From the NCBI GenBank assembly GCA_964016885.1, contig OZ024755.1, positions 35,216,001-35,280,000 on the forward strand: 64,000 nucleotides of DNA. Direction: 5' to 3'. The DNA comes from Eledone cirrhosa. Taxonomy: Eukaryota. The notes under the pieces are model-generated. The model ran no database searches. It was not told where the DNA came from and was given only the letters and a program-made list of their open reading frames with translations. Position 1 is the first letter of the stretch. Every line of letters starts with the position of its first letter. This document shows positions 1 through 14,350 of this stretch, in pieces. A program made the translations under genes and the position numbers.

Positions 1-748
1 TCATTACCACCACCATCATCACCACTATCACCATAATCCTTATAATCAAAATCATCACCATCACCATCATCATCGTCGTCATATAACATCTGTTTTCCCA
101 GCTAGCCAGTGCTGGACATGTCATCACAGACCCAATCAGTGTTCAAGGAGAGCCACTGACCTCTAGGCAGGCCAAGGGTGTGTGTCTCCCAATACTTTTT
201 CTTTTTTTTGGTAAATATCTTTCAACTTGATTCTAAAAGACTAACAATCAGTATTGGAAGAGAATATTACAACTAAAAACTGAACATACCGTTTTTCAAC
301 TTAACATTCATGCTAAATTTTCTGTTTCAAACAGAGAAATAAAATTGCAATATTTTTATTACATTAGCATTTATATATTATACATTTTGTGTGATTTTAT
401 TTCAGACTTTAATCTTAATATTTTTTTCAATTTTTCTCCATTGTTAACCTAAATAAAGTTGAAAAGATTATTTACAAAAAACAGAATTTTTTCTATGATT
501 TGATTTATAATTTAGTTCAAAATTATTTGAAAGTACACCAAACATTGTGATTGTGAAATTTAATATAGGAAAATTGTGATTATATTTAGTTGTAGTATGA
601 ACTGATCTTATGATAACTAGTGTCAGTATCATCTTAATTTTTATAGTCATTGAAAGTTTGAAATCCAATGCAGAATGGATGAATATTTAAGTGGTAAGAA
701 ACAAGGAGTGTTTTTTACCTTAATTTATTTATATGTCCTATAAATAGA

Positions 749-1471
<723 letters not shown>

Positions 1472-1687
1472 GGTAAAAATACACTCCTCTTTTCTTATGA
1501 CTTAATTATTTGTCTATTTGTCTGAAGGCTTTCAGACTTCAAATTCTTTAAACCATATACAATGCTTCAATTAAACTACAAGTTCCTCCTTTAGAATCAT
1601 TGTACCACATGACATTCTACAGTGGCCAGTCATATTCAATAATGTTCTCACAATTTCAAACCTCCTTCTTCTTCGCCCAATTATTCC

Positions 1688-4025
1688 TGAGAGGGTCTTG
1701 GGGGTCAGAGTCCTCAAACACTCCTTCCAGCAGATCCTGTCAGCAGCAACCGTCTCCCACATATTTATGAGAGGGTCTTGGAGTCAGGGTCCTCAAACAC
1801 TCCTTCCAGCAGATCCTGTCAGCAGCAACCGTCTCCCACATATTTGTGAGAGGGTCTTGGGGTCAGAGTCCTCAAACACTCCTAGCAGATCCTGTCAGAC
1901 GCAACCATCTCCCACATATTTATGAGAGGGTCTTGGGGTCAGAGTCCTCAAACACTCCTTCCAGCAGATCCTGTCAGCAGCAACCGTCTCCCACATATTT
2001 ATGAGAGGGTCTTGGGGTCAGAGTCCTCAAACACTCCTTCCAGCGGGTCCAATCAGCAGCAACCGTCTCCCACATATTTATGAGAGGGTCTTGGGGTCAG
2101 AGTCCTCAAACACTCCTTCCAGCGGGTCCTATCAGCAGCAACCGTCTCCCACATATTTATGAGAGGGTCTTGGGGTCAGGGTCCTCAAACACTCCTTCCA
2201 GCGGGTCCTATCAGCAGCAACCGTCTCCCACATATTTATGAGAGGGTCTTGGGGTCAGAGTCCTCAAACACTCCTTCCAGCGGGTCCTATCAGCAGCAAC
2301 CGTCTCCCACATATTTATGAGAGGGTCTTGGGGTCAGAGTCCTCAAACACTCCTTCCAGCGGGTCCTATCAGCAGCAACCGTCTCCCACATATTTATGAG
2401 AGGGTCTTGGGGTCAGAGTCCTCAAACACTCCTTCCAGCGGGTCCTATCAGCAGCAACCGTCTCCCACATATTTATGAGAGGGTCTTGGGGTCAGGGTCC
2501 TCAAACACTCCTTCCAGCGGGTCCTATCAGCAGCAACCGTCTCCCACATATTTATGAGAGGGTCTTGGGGTCAGAGTCCTCAAACACTCCTTCCAGCGGG
2601 TCCTATCAGCAGCAACCGTCTCCCACATATTTATGAGAGGGTCTTGGGGTCAGGGTCCTCAAACACTCCTTCCAGCGGGTCCTATCAGCAGCAACCGTCT
2701 CCCACATATTTATGAGAGGGTCTTGGGGTCAGGGTCCTCAAACACTCCTTCCAGCGGGTCCTATCAGCAGCAACCGTCTCCCACATATTTATGAGAGGGT
2801 CTTGGGGTCAGGGTCCTCAAACACTCCTTCCAGCGGGTCCTATCAGCAGCAACCGTCTCCCACATATTTATGAGAGGGTCTTGGGGTCAGAGTCCTCAAA
2901 CACTCCTTCCAGCGGGTCCTATCAGCAGCAACCGTCTCCCACATATTTATGAGAGGGTCTTGGGGTCAGAGTCCTCAAACACTCCTTCCAGCGGGTCCTG
3001 TCAGCAGCAACCATCTCCCACATATTTGTGAGAGGGTCTTGGGGTCAGAGTCCTCAAACACTCCTTCCAGCGGGTCCTATCAGCAGCAACCGTCTCCCAC
3101 ATATTTATGAGAGGGTCTTGGGGTCAGAGTCCTCAAACACTCCTTCCAGCGGGTCCTATCAGCAGCAACCGTCTCCCACATATTTATGAGAGGGTCTTGG
3201 GGTCAGGGTCCTCAAACACTCCTTCCAGCGGGTCCTATCAGCAGCAACCGTCTCCCACATATTTGTGAGAGGGTCTTGGGGTCAGAGTCCTCAAACACTC
3301 CTTCCAGCAGATCCTGTCAGCAGCAACCGTCTGCCACTTATTCCTGAGAGGGTCTTGGGGTCAGGGTCCTCAAACACTCCTTCCAGCAGATCCTGTCAGC
3401 AGCAACCGTCTCCCACATATTCCTGAGAGGGTCTTGGGGTCAGAGTCCTCAAACACTCCTTCCAGCAGATCCTGTCAGCAGCAACCGTCTCCCACATATT
3501 TGTGAGAGGGTCTTGGGGTCAGAGTCCTCAAACATTCCTTCCAGCAGGTCCTGTCAGAAGTTACCAGAAGGTTGTGGGGTCAGAGTCCTCAAACACTCCT
3601 AGCAGATCCTGTCAGCAGCAACCGTCTCCCACATATTTATGAGAGGGTCTTGGGGTCAGAGTCCTCAAACACTCCTTCCAGCAGTTCCTGTCAGCAGCAA
3701 CCGTCTCCCACATATTTATGAGAGGGTCTTGGGGTCAGAGTCCTCAAACACTCCTTCCAGCAGATCCTGTCAGCAGCAACCATCTCCCACATATTTATGA
3801 GAGGGTCTTGGGGTCAGAGTCCTCAAACACTCCTTCCAGCAGATCCTGTCAGCAGCAACCGTCTGCCACTTATTCCTGAGAGGGTCTTGGGGTCAGAGTC
3901 CTCAAACACTCCTTCCAGCAGATCCTGTCAGCAGCAACCATCTCCCACATATTTATGAGAGGGTCTTGGGGTCAGAGTCCTCAAACACTCCTTCCAGCGG
4001 GTCCTATCAGTAGCAACCGTCTCCA
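1688..4025. repeat. 79-bp tandem array (~29-30 copies) made from the 3' end of an RTE-type LINE
   Basis: Unit gagagggtcttggggtcagagtcctcaaacactccttccagcgggtcctatcagcagcaaccgtctcccacatatttat (starts at 2161, 2240, ...); minus strand reads ETVAADRTRWKECLRTLTPRP, homologous to the LINE end at 47870-47960. Confidence 0.92.
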
Positions 4026-4939
4026 ACTGATCCAGCTGGATCCCCAAACATGACCTGCAAGATATGTAGCTCATTCTCAAAGTGTTATCTATGTGAGTTT
4101 TATATCCTAGCATTAGTTGATTAGTTACTTGTTTGTTCTGTTTCAACTAAAATGTATACAGATACACTGCCCGAGGAATTGATAGACTAGCATACTTAAC
4201 ACTTAACCAGCATTTATATTGGCTATATTATTGTCCTGTGGGACAGCTTTGTCATTGAAATTAGGAGCTTTAAAACTAACTAGTTTATAATAATGATAAT
4301 TACACAGCTCAGAAATTCAAGTAAAATTGAATTGTTCCTGTAATTTCTTGACATATGCTTTCAAACAGATGACAGATATTACGTGCATGCTAGCATATGT
4401 TAAGAATTTACACGGAACTATGATACTGTGTTCTTTAAAATAGCAATGACCATATAATTGCTGTCTTAAAATGTGTCTATTTAAAGTTATGAAATAAAAA
4501 TTGATCAATGAAATTGTGAGAAAATCTATTTAGGAAAATATAACATAAATAATTATGATAACACAAGTGAGAGAAACAATGTTGATAATATTTTATGTAT
4601 ATTTGATTCTGTTTTCTATCTATATACTCAGTGAATCGAATGTGTATGTGTATGTGACTGTAGATTGCTTCAGCAGTAAATTGTAGGCATTGATTACATT
4701 GGTTAGAAAGAAAGACTGAGATCAACCCTGTTCTGTTGATGTTAGACTCAGATAAACCCCCACTATTTTGTAGATGTCACTCTGGACTCTATCTTGATGC
4801 TTTGCATGCACTGTAGAATAACCAGATGGAAGATCAGAAGGAATATGAACACTCATATGTGTGTGTATTTATATTCCTTCTAGTCTTTGGTCCAATCTCA
4901 CACACAGACACACACACATAAATATATATATATATATAT

Positions 4940-5254
4940 TAAAAATCTTTAAGTCATTTGGAAGCCTCGACAATGCAAATGGGTAAATCTCCGGGTAACA
5001 AGATCCGGTGGTGGAGAGACAGATGTAAGTGGGTGTACGTTGAGATGCGTGGTGTGTAAAGATGTGTAAATGTGTAGAAGAAAGAAGGGAAGAGTATAAA
5101 GGATAAAAATAAAAATAACAACACAAGAGAGAGTTACCTTGGGAGAGATTTAATAGTCCCTATATATTTCGGATTCACATCCATCAACTGGGGTTTTTTT
5201 CCGGAGATTTACCCATTTGCATTGTCGAGGCTTCCAAACGACTTAAAGATTTTT
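4940..5254 (-). mobile_element. Fold-back element (~55-bp inverted repeats) with degenerate hammerhead motif; probable Penelope-like terminal-repeat remnant
   Basis: aaaaatctttaagtcatttggaagcctcgacaatgcaaatgggtaaatctccgg is inverted at ~5201-5254; minus strand 5158-5192 reads ccc-cagttga-t-ggat/atcc-GAAA-tata-TA-ggg. Confidence 0.55.
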
Positions 5255-5317
5255 ATTATTATTCCACAATGCTTCAAGCAAACTTCAATACTCTCTTATA
5301 TATATATATATATATAT

Positions 5318-5797
5318 CTTACACCTCTCTAAGACAATGTCACTGGACCGAGATCTTTGGCGGTACGCAGTAATACAGAAAACCCGCCTTGCCTAAGTAC
5401 AAAGTGAAACCTACAGTCAGTAGGCACCTCTTAATCAAATATACAACCTCTTCCTACTACCCCAACTACCCCATCCCTACCTTCATCAACACCACCCCTT
5501 TCCCTGTAAAGTTATGTTGGTACCACAACATCCAGTCCTAAATAAATGAGGTCATGTAAGGTGTCAGGACAAAACAACACAGTCCACGCTGTAATGTGGC
5601 CGTGTAGGTAACACGGTAAGAACCTTCCAGTCCACACTGTAAACGTAGTTGGTGTTAGGAAGGGCATCCAGCCATAGAAAACCTGCCAGAGACACTTTCG
5701 CATGAGTGAGACATGGTCTCCCGACCATTCCCGCATCATATGGAACAAAATCATCTAACCCATGCTATCGTGGAAGATGGACATTAAATGGTGATGA

Positions 5798-5802
<5 letters not shown>
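5318..5802 (+). mobile_element. 5'-truncated RTE LINE: ORF end, 3' UTR and (GAT)n tail
   Basis: cacctctctaagacaatgtcactggaccgagatctttgg matches 22921-22990; ends ggacattaaatggtgatgatga. Confidence 0.8.
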
Positions 5803-5840
<38 letters not shown>

Positions 5841-5926
5841 TAGGAAGTATCTTTTATTTACAGTTGTATAAAAATAAAGCAGAGACCTGAAATGAATACT
5901 GCAAACCATTCTATCCAATGTTCTAA

Positions 5927-5927
5927 C

Positions 5928-5960
<33 letters not shown>

Positions 5961-6036
5961 AACATATATATATATATTTATATATATAAACATATATATA
6001 TATTTATATATATATATATATACTTATATATATATA

Positions 6037-6071
<35 letters not shown>

Positions 6072-6126
6072 TTATATATATATATATATATATATATATA
6101 CTTATATATATATATATATATATACT

Positions 6127-6158
<32 letters not shown>

Positions 6159-6192
6159 TATACTTATATATATATATATATATATATATATA

Positions 6193-6235
<43 letters not shown>

Positions 6236-6260
6236 TTATATATATATATATATATATATA

Positions 6261-6297
<37 letters not shown>

Positions 6298-6339
6298 TTA
6301 TATATATATATATATACTTATATATATATATATATATAT

Positions 6340-6392
<53 letters not shown>

Positions 6393-6397
6393 TTATA

Positions 6398-6459
<62 letters not shown>

Positions 6460-6542
6460 CATATATATATACTTATATATATATATATATACATATATAA
6501 ACATATATATATATTTATATATATATACATATATATACATAC

Positions 6543-6573
<31 letters not shown>
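5927..6573. repeat. (TA)n-based microsatellite
   Basis: Directly visible. Confidence 0.98.
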
Positions 6574-6578
<5 letters not shown>

Positions 6579-6912
6579 ATACTTTGGGAGGGTCATGTTG
6601 CCAATAAGAAACACACGTAGCAGTTGCTTTCACTTCAATTTATTATATATTTATAAATTTACAAATTTACAAACTTATAAATTTCTGGTTGGTTGGTTGG
6701 TTCCACAACCAGGTAGTTGTTTATATATAGTCATAGTCCTTTCGTCACACAATAAATAAATAAATAAATAAACAAATAGATAAATGAACACAAACACACA
6801 CAGACACCCAGATGTGGCGCATGCGCAAACTGAGCACACAACACACACACAGAAACAAAATGGCGTAGGATAGAGGAAAGGAAAGGCACAGAAACAAAGA
6901 AAGGAATCCCCA

Positions 6913-6955
6913 GTCACTGAAGAGGTCACAGAGTGTATGACGAAAGGACTAAGAC
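6913..6955 (+). ncRNA. Minimal type I hammerhead ribozyme motif
   Basis: gtca-CTGAAGA-g-gtcaca..tatgac-GAAA-ggac-TA-agac; the inverted copy preserves tgtgac-GAAA-ggac-TA-tgac. Confidence 0.65.
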
Positions 6956-7460
6956 TATATATAAACAACTATCTGGTTGTGGAACCAACCAACCAACCAG
7001 AAATTTATAAGTTTGTAAATTTATAAATATATAATAAATTGAAGTGAAAGCAACTGGTGCGTGTGTTTCTTATTGGAAACATGACCCTCCCAAAGTATAA
7101 CAATATCGGTTTCAACACACGATTTCAGATAAAGAATCTTGCTAAACAAATTCAGAAACGAAATATATATATATACATATATATGTATACATATATAAAC
7201 ATATATATATATATATATATAAACATATATATATATATATATATAAACATATATATATATATATATATATATTTATTTATATATATATATATATATATAC
7301 ATACATATCGTTTCTGAATTTGTTTAGCAAGATTCTTTATCTGAAAACGTGTGTTGAAACCGATATTGTTATACATTGGGAGGGTCATGTTGCCACAAAA
7401 ACAAGATGGCATAGGACAGAACAAAGGAGAGGCACAAAAAAACAAAGAAAAGAATTCCCA

Positions 7461-7503
7461 GTCACTGAAGAGGTCACAGAATGTGTGACGAAAGAACTTT
7501 GAC
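7461..7503 (+). ncRNA. Minimal type I hammerhead ribozyme motif
   Basis: gtca-CTGAAGA-g-gtcaca-gaatg-tgtgac-GAAA-gaac-TT-tgac: stems I and II pair, with one extra G before stem II. Confidence 0.7.
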
Positions 7504-7648
7504 AATATATAAACAACCATCTGGTTGTGGAACCAACCAACCTACCGGAAATTTATAAATTCCTAAATTTATTATAATAAATTGAAGTGAAAGCAACTGG
7601 TGCGTGTGTTTCTTATTGGCAACATGACCCTCCCAAAGTATAACAATA

Positions 7649-7730
7649 TACATATATATATATATACATATGTATATACATACATACATACATACATACA
7701 TACACACATACATACACACATACACACACA

Positions 7731-7775
<45 letters not shown>

Positions 7776-7784
7776 CATACATAC

Positions 7785-7859
<75 letters not shown>

Positions 7860-7860
7860 T

Positions 7861-7901
<41 letters not shown>

Positions 7902-7932
7902 CATACATACATATATATATATATATACATAC

Positions 7933-7963
<31 letters not shown>

Positions 7964-8133
7964 CATACATACATATATACATATATATATACATACATAT
8001 ATATATATATACATACATACATATATACATATATATATATATACATACATACATATATACATATATATATATATACATACATACATATATACATATATAT
8101 ATATATACATACATACATACATACATACATACA

Positions 8134-8169
<36 letters not shown>

Positions 8170-8322
8170 TACATACATACATACATATATATACATACAT
8201 ACATATATATATATACATACATACATACATATATATACATACATACATATATACATACATACATACATATATACATACATACATACATATATATACATAC
8301 ATACATACATATATATATATAT

Positions 8323-8353
<31 letters not shown>

Positions 8354-8374
8354 CATACATATATATATATATAT

Positions 8375-8404
<30 letters not shown>
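7649..8404. repeat. (CATA)n/(TA)n compound microsatellite
   Basis: Directly visible. Confidence 0.98.
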
Positions 8405-8405
<1 letters not shown>

Positions 8406-8576
8406 ATATTAAGGATACTATTTATAGTTATGTATATTTTAAACTATAAACAGGGAAGGTCAGTAATTTATTACTACCTTATTACTAAAAAATGCTCCGG
8501 ATACTCCAAGCCTCGGTTTGGATGAAACAATTGTAAGTGAATAAATGTTTTGAACATAGCTTTGATTCTTGTGAAT

Positions 8577-8615
<39 letters not shown>

Positions 8616-8668
8616 TTTTTTTATATACAATATGAATGACAATCAAAGAGTGTTTAAAACATTTAATC

Positions 8669-8713
8669 ACTTACAATTGTTTCTTCCTAGCACAAGGTTG
8701 GAATCATCAGAGT
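8669..8713 (-). ncRNA. Minimal type I hammerhead ribozyme with palindromic stem III
   Basis: Minus strand act-CTGATGA-ttcc-aaccttgtgcta-ggaa-GAAA-caattg-TA-agt; degenerate inverted copy at 8493-8539. Confidence 0.8.
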
Positions 8714-9695
8714 AGATAACAACGGTCAAACACAAATATAATATCAAACGATAGTCACAAGAACATTAGGAGGATACATAATATGAGAGACTAGATAAGT
8801 ATAAGTATCAACATTTATATAAGATAACAGAGAAACATATAAACGCAATAAAAATTAGGAGCAGATAAAAGCATTAAAGATTAAAAAACAAAAATCGAAC
8901 TTGGACCTCATAACAACAATACAGCACAATTATTTCACCTCAATTGGCTCCACTCTCTTTAAGATTACACCAAAACAAACAGATTAAAACAGAAACAGGC
9001 CCCATAAAGTTCAAGAAATCACAAATAAACCTCCTACAGCTGGATATGTCTCTGTAAACAATAACTCTCTTCATGAGTTGTCCATGGTGACCAAATCCTG
9101 ATTTGAAGGACTTCACCAGGTGCTGTTATTAAATTAGACATGGCCTGGGCCAATACTGGCCAAAAGTTATCAAAGTAATAATTCTATCAACTAGCTTTTC
9201 CTATGTTGTGACTCTCCTTGAGCAAGTCTTGCTGGAGTTAAACAACAATAGCAAACATAACAACACTACCGTTTTTATTTTTTGTCATTTGAACAAAGTG
9301 GTTATTGAATTCTCTACATTCAAAGTTATTTTCTTCTCCACATTCAAAGTTATTTTATTTCAAGTTGTCTTGAAAACAGTAGTATATATATATATACATA
9401 CATAGCTGCTAAAAATATCTGTGTGCTGGTATTTCTAGCAAAACATTTCAAACAGAAGACAAAAAACGTCTGTTAAATAAATTTGAAAGTGGACAGAAAA
9501 TTAAAAGCAAATGTTACAATATATGAGATTATTTGATTAGGGACAGAAATAAGAAAACCAACTTATGAATAACTTCGACTAAATTGATCAATATTTGGAA
9601 TTTTATGAAAAATAGTCTTGTAATATTGGTAGATATATGTGTGTATATATATATATATATATGTGTGTGTTTAGATATATATATATGTATGTATG

Positions 9696-9730
<35 letters not shown>

Positions 9731-9843
9731 CTTTACATATATATGTATGTGTATATATATATATATATAAATATGTGTGGTTACATATATATATATGTAT
9801 ATATAAATGTGTGTGTGTCTATATATATATATATGTGTGTGTC

Positions 9844-9874
<31 letters not shown>

Positions 9875-9878
9875 TTAC

Positions 9879-9916
<38 letters not shown>

Positions 9917-9954
9917 GTGTGTGTGTCTTTACATATATATGTATGTGTATATAT

Positions 9955-11223
9955 CATCATCATCATCATCATCAACGTTTAACGTCCGTGTTCCACGCTT
10001 GCATGGGTTTGGACGGGGGTAGTCCCACTTGAGGCAAGAGTGATTGTCTTGCTCGCATAGGACTGTCTGGCAGGTTTTCTACAGTTGGATGCCCTTCCTA
10101 ACACCAACCACATTTACAGTGTGGGTCTGGGAGGTTTTTACCGTGTTGCCTACACGGCCACATTACAGCGTGGACTGTGTGTTTTTTTGTCGTGACACCT
10201 ACACGATCTCATTTGTTTCGGCCTCGAAAGGCGCGGCACCAACATAACTTTACATAGAACAGGGTGGTGTGGATCGGGTGGGGGTGGGGGTGGTGGGACG
10301 GGGTGTATTTTGTTAGAGATGCCTACTGGCTGGAGTAGGTTTTACTATATATTTAGGTAAGGCGGGTCTTCTCTGTTACTGAGTACCGCCAAAGGTCTCG
10401 GTCCAGTGACATTGTCTTGGAGAGGTGTAAGTGTGTGATGTCGGAGTTTATCAGCTCGTCCCAGGTTTTTCTAGGTCTGCCTATTCCGTGACTACCGTCT
10501 ATCTTTATTGCCCTGCACTTTGTTATACAGCTATCGACTTTCATGCGCATCACGTGTCCATACCAACGTAGCCTTCTCTCGAGTAAACAACATCTGATCC
10601 CTCTTATCTCTAATTTTTTCCTTAGTTCGTTTATGCTTTGCCGTTCACGTATATTACTGTTACACATCCAGCGGAGCATGCAAGCTTCGTTCCTCTCTAG
10701 TCTGCGTATATCCTCTGCACACAATGCCCAGGTCTCACTGCCATGCAGCATTGCTGTTCGTATGCAGGCATCGTACAACCTGCCTTTCATTTTTAGTGAG
10801 AACCCTTTAGCAGCTAATAGTGGTATAAGCTCTCTGAACTTTTTCCAACCAGTTCTGACTCTAGCTACAGTACTTTCAGAGCACCCTCCCCCACTGCTGA
10901 TTTTATCGCCCAGGTAACGGAAGCTGTCCACTATTTCTATAGAACCCTCTGCGCAATTGAAAGAGCTAGTAGTTTGTGGGCACTTGCTGCTACTTATTGC
11001 ACCAGAGCACCGGCCACATGTAAAATCTATGTTCTTAGTTAGCTTACCTGTGATCCCACTACATCTTTTATGCACCCATACTTTGCATTTAGGACATAAA
11101 ATGGAGTTTCTACCTACGCCTTTCCTACACACCGAGCACGACCATTTCCCAGAAGGGACCGCCGCCTTGTTTTCTTTCCTACAAACTAGCACTTTGGTCT
11201 TAGCCAGGTTAATTTTAAGTCCA
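9955..11223 (-). mobile_element. 5'-truncated RTE LINE (RT C-terminus with PHD-like finger, 3' UTR, (GAT)n tail)
   Basis: ORF 10353-11342: GLKINLAKTK, FRYLG, AMLHGSETW, RRLRWYGHVMRM, GRPRKTW; same family as 19950-22990. Confidence 0.93.
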
Positions 11224-11477
11224 TGTGTGGTTACATATATATATATGTATATATAAATGTGTGTGTGTCTATATATATATATATATGAGATATTAAATTG
11301 TGCACTAAGCAATAAGTATATATCCATACAGTAACAATACAAAATTTAACAAAAACTACGTAAATGTAAATGTGTAAATAAATACATTGGCATATGTAAA
11401 CAACTTTTTTTTCACATATTTCTTGTACACTGTAAAAGATAGATCAAATTTTCTTTCTCTCTCTATATATATATATA

Positions 11478-13220
11478 ATCATCATCATTTTGCGCCCGCT
11501 TTTCCCTGCTTGCAAGGGTGGGCGCGTCCTATTCAGCACAGCATCTTGCCACTTGTCATGGTCCTTTGTCATCTCCTCCGTGAGCTTCACCAATCTGAGG
11601 TCTGCTCTCACCACCTCCGCCCATGTTTTTTGTGGTCTTCCTTCCACCAGGATTTCTTGGCACTTCTTTACCCAGTGGTCATCCTTCATGCGCATCACAT
11701 GTCCATACCATCTCAGCTTTCTCTCCTGCACACTACAATTTATTCCTTTTATACACAGTTTCTCTCTCAACTCATTTATGCTTGGTCGTTCACGCACATT
11801 GACATTGCACATCCAATGGAGCATGCTTGCTTCATTTATCTCCAGCCGTCGCATACCTTCTGTTGTTGCTGCCCATGTTTCACTACCATGCAGCAACACG
11901 CATCTCACACAGGCAACATATAACCGCCTTTTCGTATGCAGGGAGAAACCCTTCTTTTCAATACAGGAAGCAACTCCTTAAACTTCTTCCAACCCATCCT
12001 TATTCTAGATACTATGGCCTCGGAACCCCCCCCCCCTCCCATGCTAATCTGATCTCCTAGGTACCGGAAGCTATCCACCACTTCTATAGCACCTGCCTGC
12101 ATTTGAAAGATGTATCTATCACTGCGACTTCTACTCTCAAATTTACCTGTGCATCTACTGCATACATAGTTTTCCTTACATGTTAGTTTGCCTGCTATTC
12201 CACTACATCCCTTGTGTACCCAAGATCTGCATTGTGTACATTCTATAGAATTTATGCCAGCTCCTTTTCTACATATCGAACATGACCATTTCCCTGATGG
12301 AATCAGAGTTTTGTCCTCTTTTCTACTTATCAGCACTTTTGTCTTAGCTAGGTTCACTCTCAGTCCTCTTCATTCCAACTGCTGTTTCCATAGCCAGAAT
12401 TTATTCTCTATCTCCTCTACTGATTCTGCTATAAGGACCAGATCATCAGCATAGATAAGTTCCCAGTCTTAAACTCCTCTTTTATGGCTTGGTGGATTAT
12501 AATGAATAAGAGCGGGCTGAGGACCGAATCCTGACGTACTCCTACTTGTATCTGGAATTCCTCACTAAACTTCATTCCTACCCTCACTTTACTGACAGCA
12601 CCCCTGTACATAGCTTGCACTGTCCTCACAAGCCATTCCTCTACACCTAGTTTCCTTAGGGACCACCAGATGACTGATCGGGTACCCTATCAAAGGCCTT
12701 CTCTAGGTCAACAAAAGCTAAGTATAGTGGCTTATTCTTCTCTAAGAACCTCTCTTGTAGTTGTCGCACTAAATAGAGGGCATCTGTTGTACTTTTTCCA
12801 GGCACAAAACCAAACTGCATCTCCTCTAATTTGACCCTTTCTTTAATTAGTTGTGCTGCATTCTTAATGTCACTTTCATAACCTGATCCATCAGTTTTAT
12901 GCCCTTATAATTGCTCCTCTCCAGAGCATCCCCTTTACTTTTGTAGCAATTTATGAGAATACTGCTGCACTAGTCTTTGGGTATGACTTCACCATATATA
13001 GCCTGATTGTCGATGCCTGCAACCATTTTTGTACCCAAGTCTCCTGATGCCTTCAGCATCTCAGCAACTATCCCCAACGGTCCTGTGACCTTATTCTTTT
13101 TCATTTCCTTAATTGCCTCTTGGACCCTATATTCGTCAATCTCAATAGCTGGACTCTCTGTCGGGTCTAGTGGGGGTAGTTTCTCTCTCTCCATTTTGTT
13201 CTCCACATTCATCAGTCTCT
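11478..13220 (-). mobile_element. Degenerate 5'-truncated RTE LINE (second family), frameshifted RT
   Basis: ORF pieces GVRQDSVLSPLLF, FRYLGD, LLHGSETW, LRWYGHVMRM; (GAT)n tail at ~11478-11490. Confidence 0.92.
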
Positions 13221-13597
13221 CATATATATGTATAAAATAAGCAAAAACGACAAACCCGTCTAAACCAATGTTAGCGTGGAATATAAACGTTAATTGATGA
13301 TGATTACAAGCACCACATTAAGAGATCGTTTCATATTACCATGTAGCATTGCTCTTCATTACACAAGCACCATATTAAGTCCCAATGTTTCACTACCATG
13401 CAGCATTGCTCTACAAGGAAAGTTTTCTCATTTAACCCTTTAGCATTTAAACCAGCCATATCCGGCCAGAATTCTCTCACCTCTTTCTGTTCAAACTGGC
13501 TGTAACCTGCTGCTCATACTGATGTTAAGGTATTGTTCTCAAATTAAATAACATTAAAATCTTATAGTAAATATAGAGGAATGGAAATGCTAAGTGC

Positions 13598-14350
13598 CCC
13601 ATGTTTCACTGCCATGTAGCATTGCTCTATGTTACACAACCACCACATTAACAGCCCATGTTTCACTACCATGTAGCAATGCTCTACATTACACAACCAC
13701 CACATTAACAGCCCATGTTTCACTACCATGTAGCAATGCTCTACATTACACAACCACCACATTAACAGCCCATGTTTCACTACCATGTAGCAATGCTCTA
13801 CATTACACAGCCACCTCATTAACAGCCCATGTTTCACTACCATGTAGCATTGCTCTACATTACGCAGCCACATCATTAACAGCCCATGTTTCACTACCAT
13901 ATAGCAATGCTCTACATTACACAACCACCACATTAACAGCCCATATTTCACTACCATATAGCAATGCTCTACATTACACAACCACCACATCAAGTCCCCA
14001 TGTTTCACTACCATGTAGCATTGCTCTACATTACACAACCACCACATCAAGTCCCCCATGTTTCACTACCATGTAGCATTGCTTTACACTACACAACCAC
14101 CACATTAACAGCCCATGTTTCACTACCATGTAGCAATGCCCTACATTGCACAACCACCACATCAAGTCCCTATGTTTCACTACCATGTAGCATTGCTTTA
14201 CACTACACAACCACCACATTAACAGCCCATGTTTCACTACCATGTAGCAATGCTCTACATTGCACAACTACCACATTAACAACCCATGTTTCACTACCAT
14301 GTAGCATTGCTTTACACTACACAACCACCACATTAACAGCCCATGTTTCA
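13598..14350. repeat. 57-bp minisatellite (~13 copies) derived from RTE coding sequence
   Basis: Unit cccatgtttcactaccatgtagcaatgctctacattacacaaccaccacattaacag; the reverse strand encodes ALLHGSETWA, as at 11870-11895. Confidence 0.88.

Larger units (their letters stand above)
6573..7648 (+). mobile_element. Two adjacent Penelope-like terminal-repeat insertions, each an inverted 3' part followed by a forward copy
   Basis: 6573-6750 is the reverse complement of ~6935-7105; 7305-7396 is the reverse complement of ~7075-7160; forward copies carry hammerhead motifs; (TA)n flanks; third copy at 44860-45072. Confidence 0.7.

Noticed and set aside
1688-4025. CRISPR-like regular array
   Set aside because: Units are contiguous with no unique spacers, are LINE-derived, and lie in a eukaryotic context with no cas genes.
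12435-12455. CTGATGA on the minus strand
   Set aside because: It is the YADD codons of the RT.
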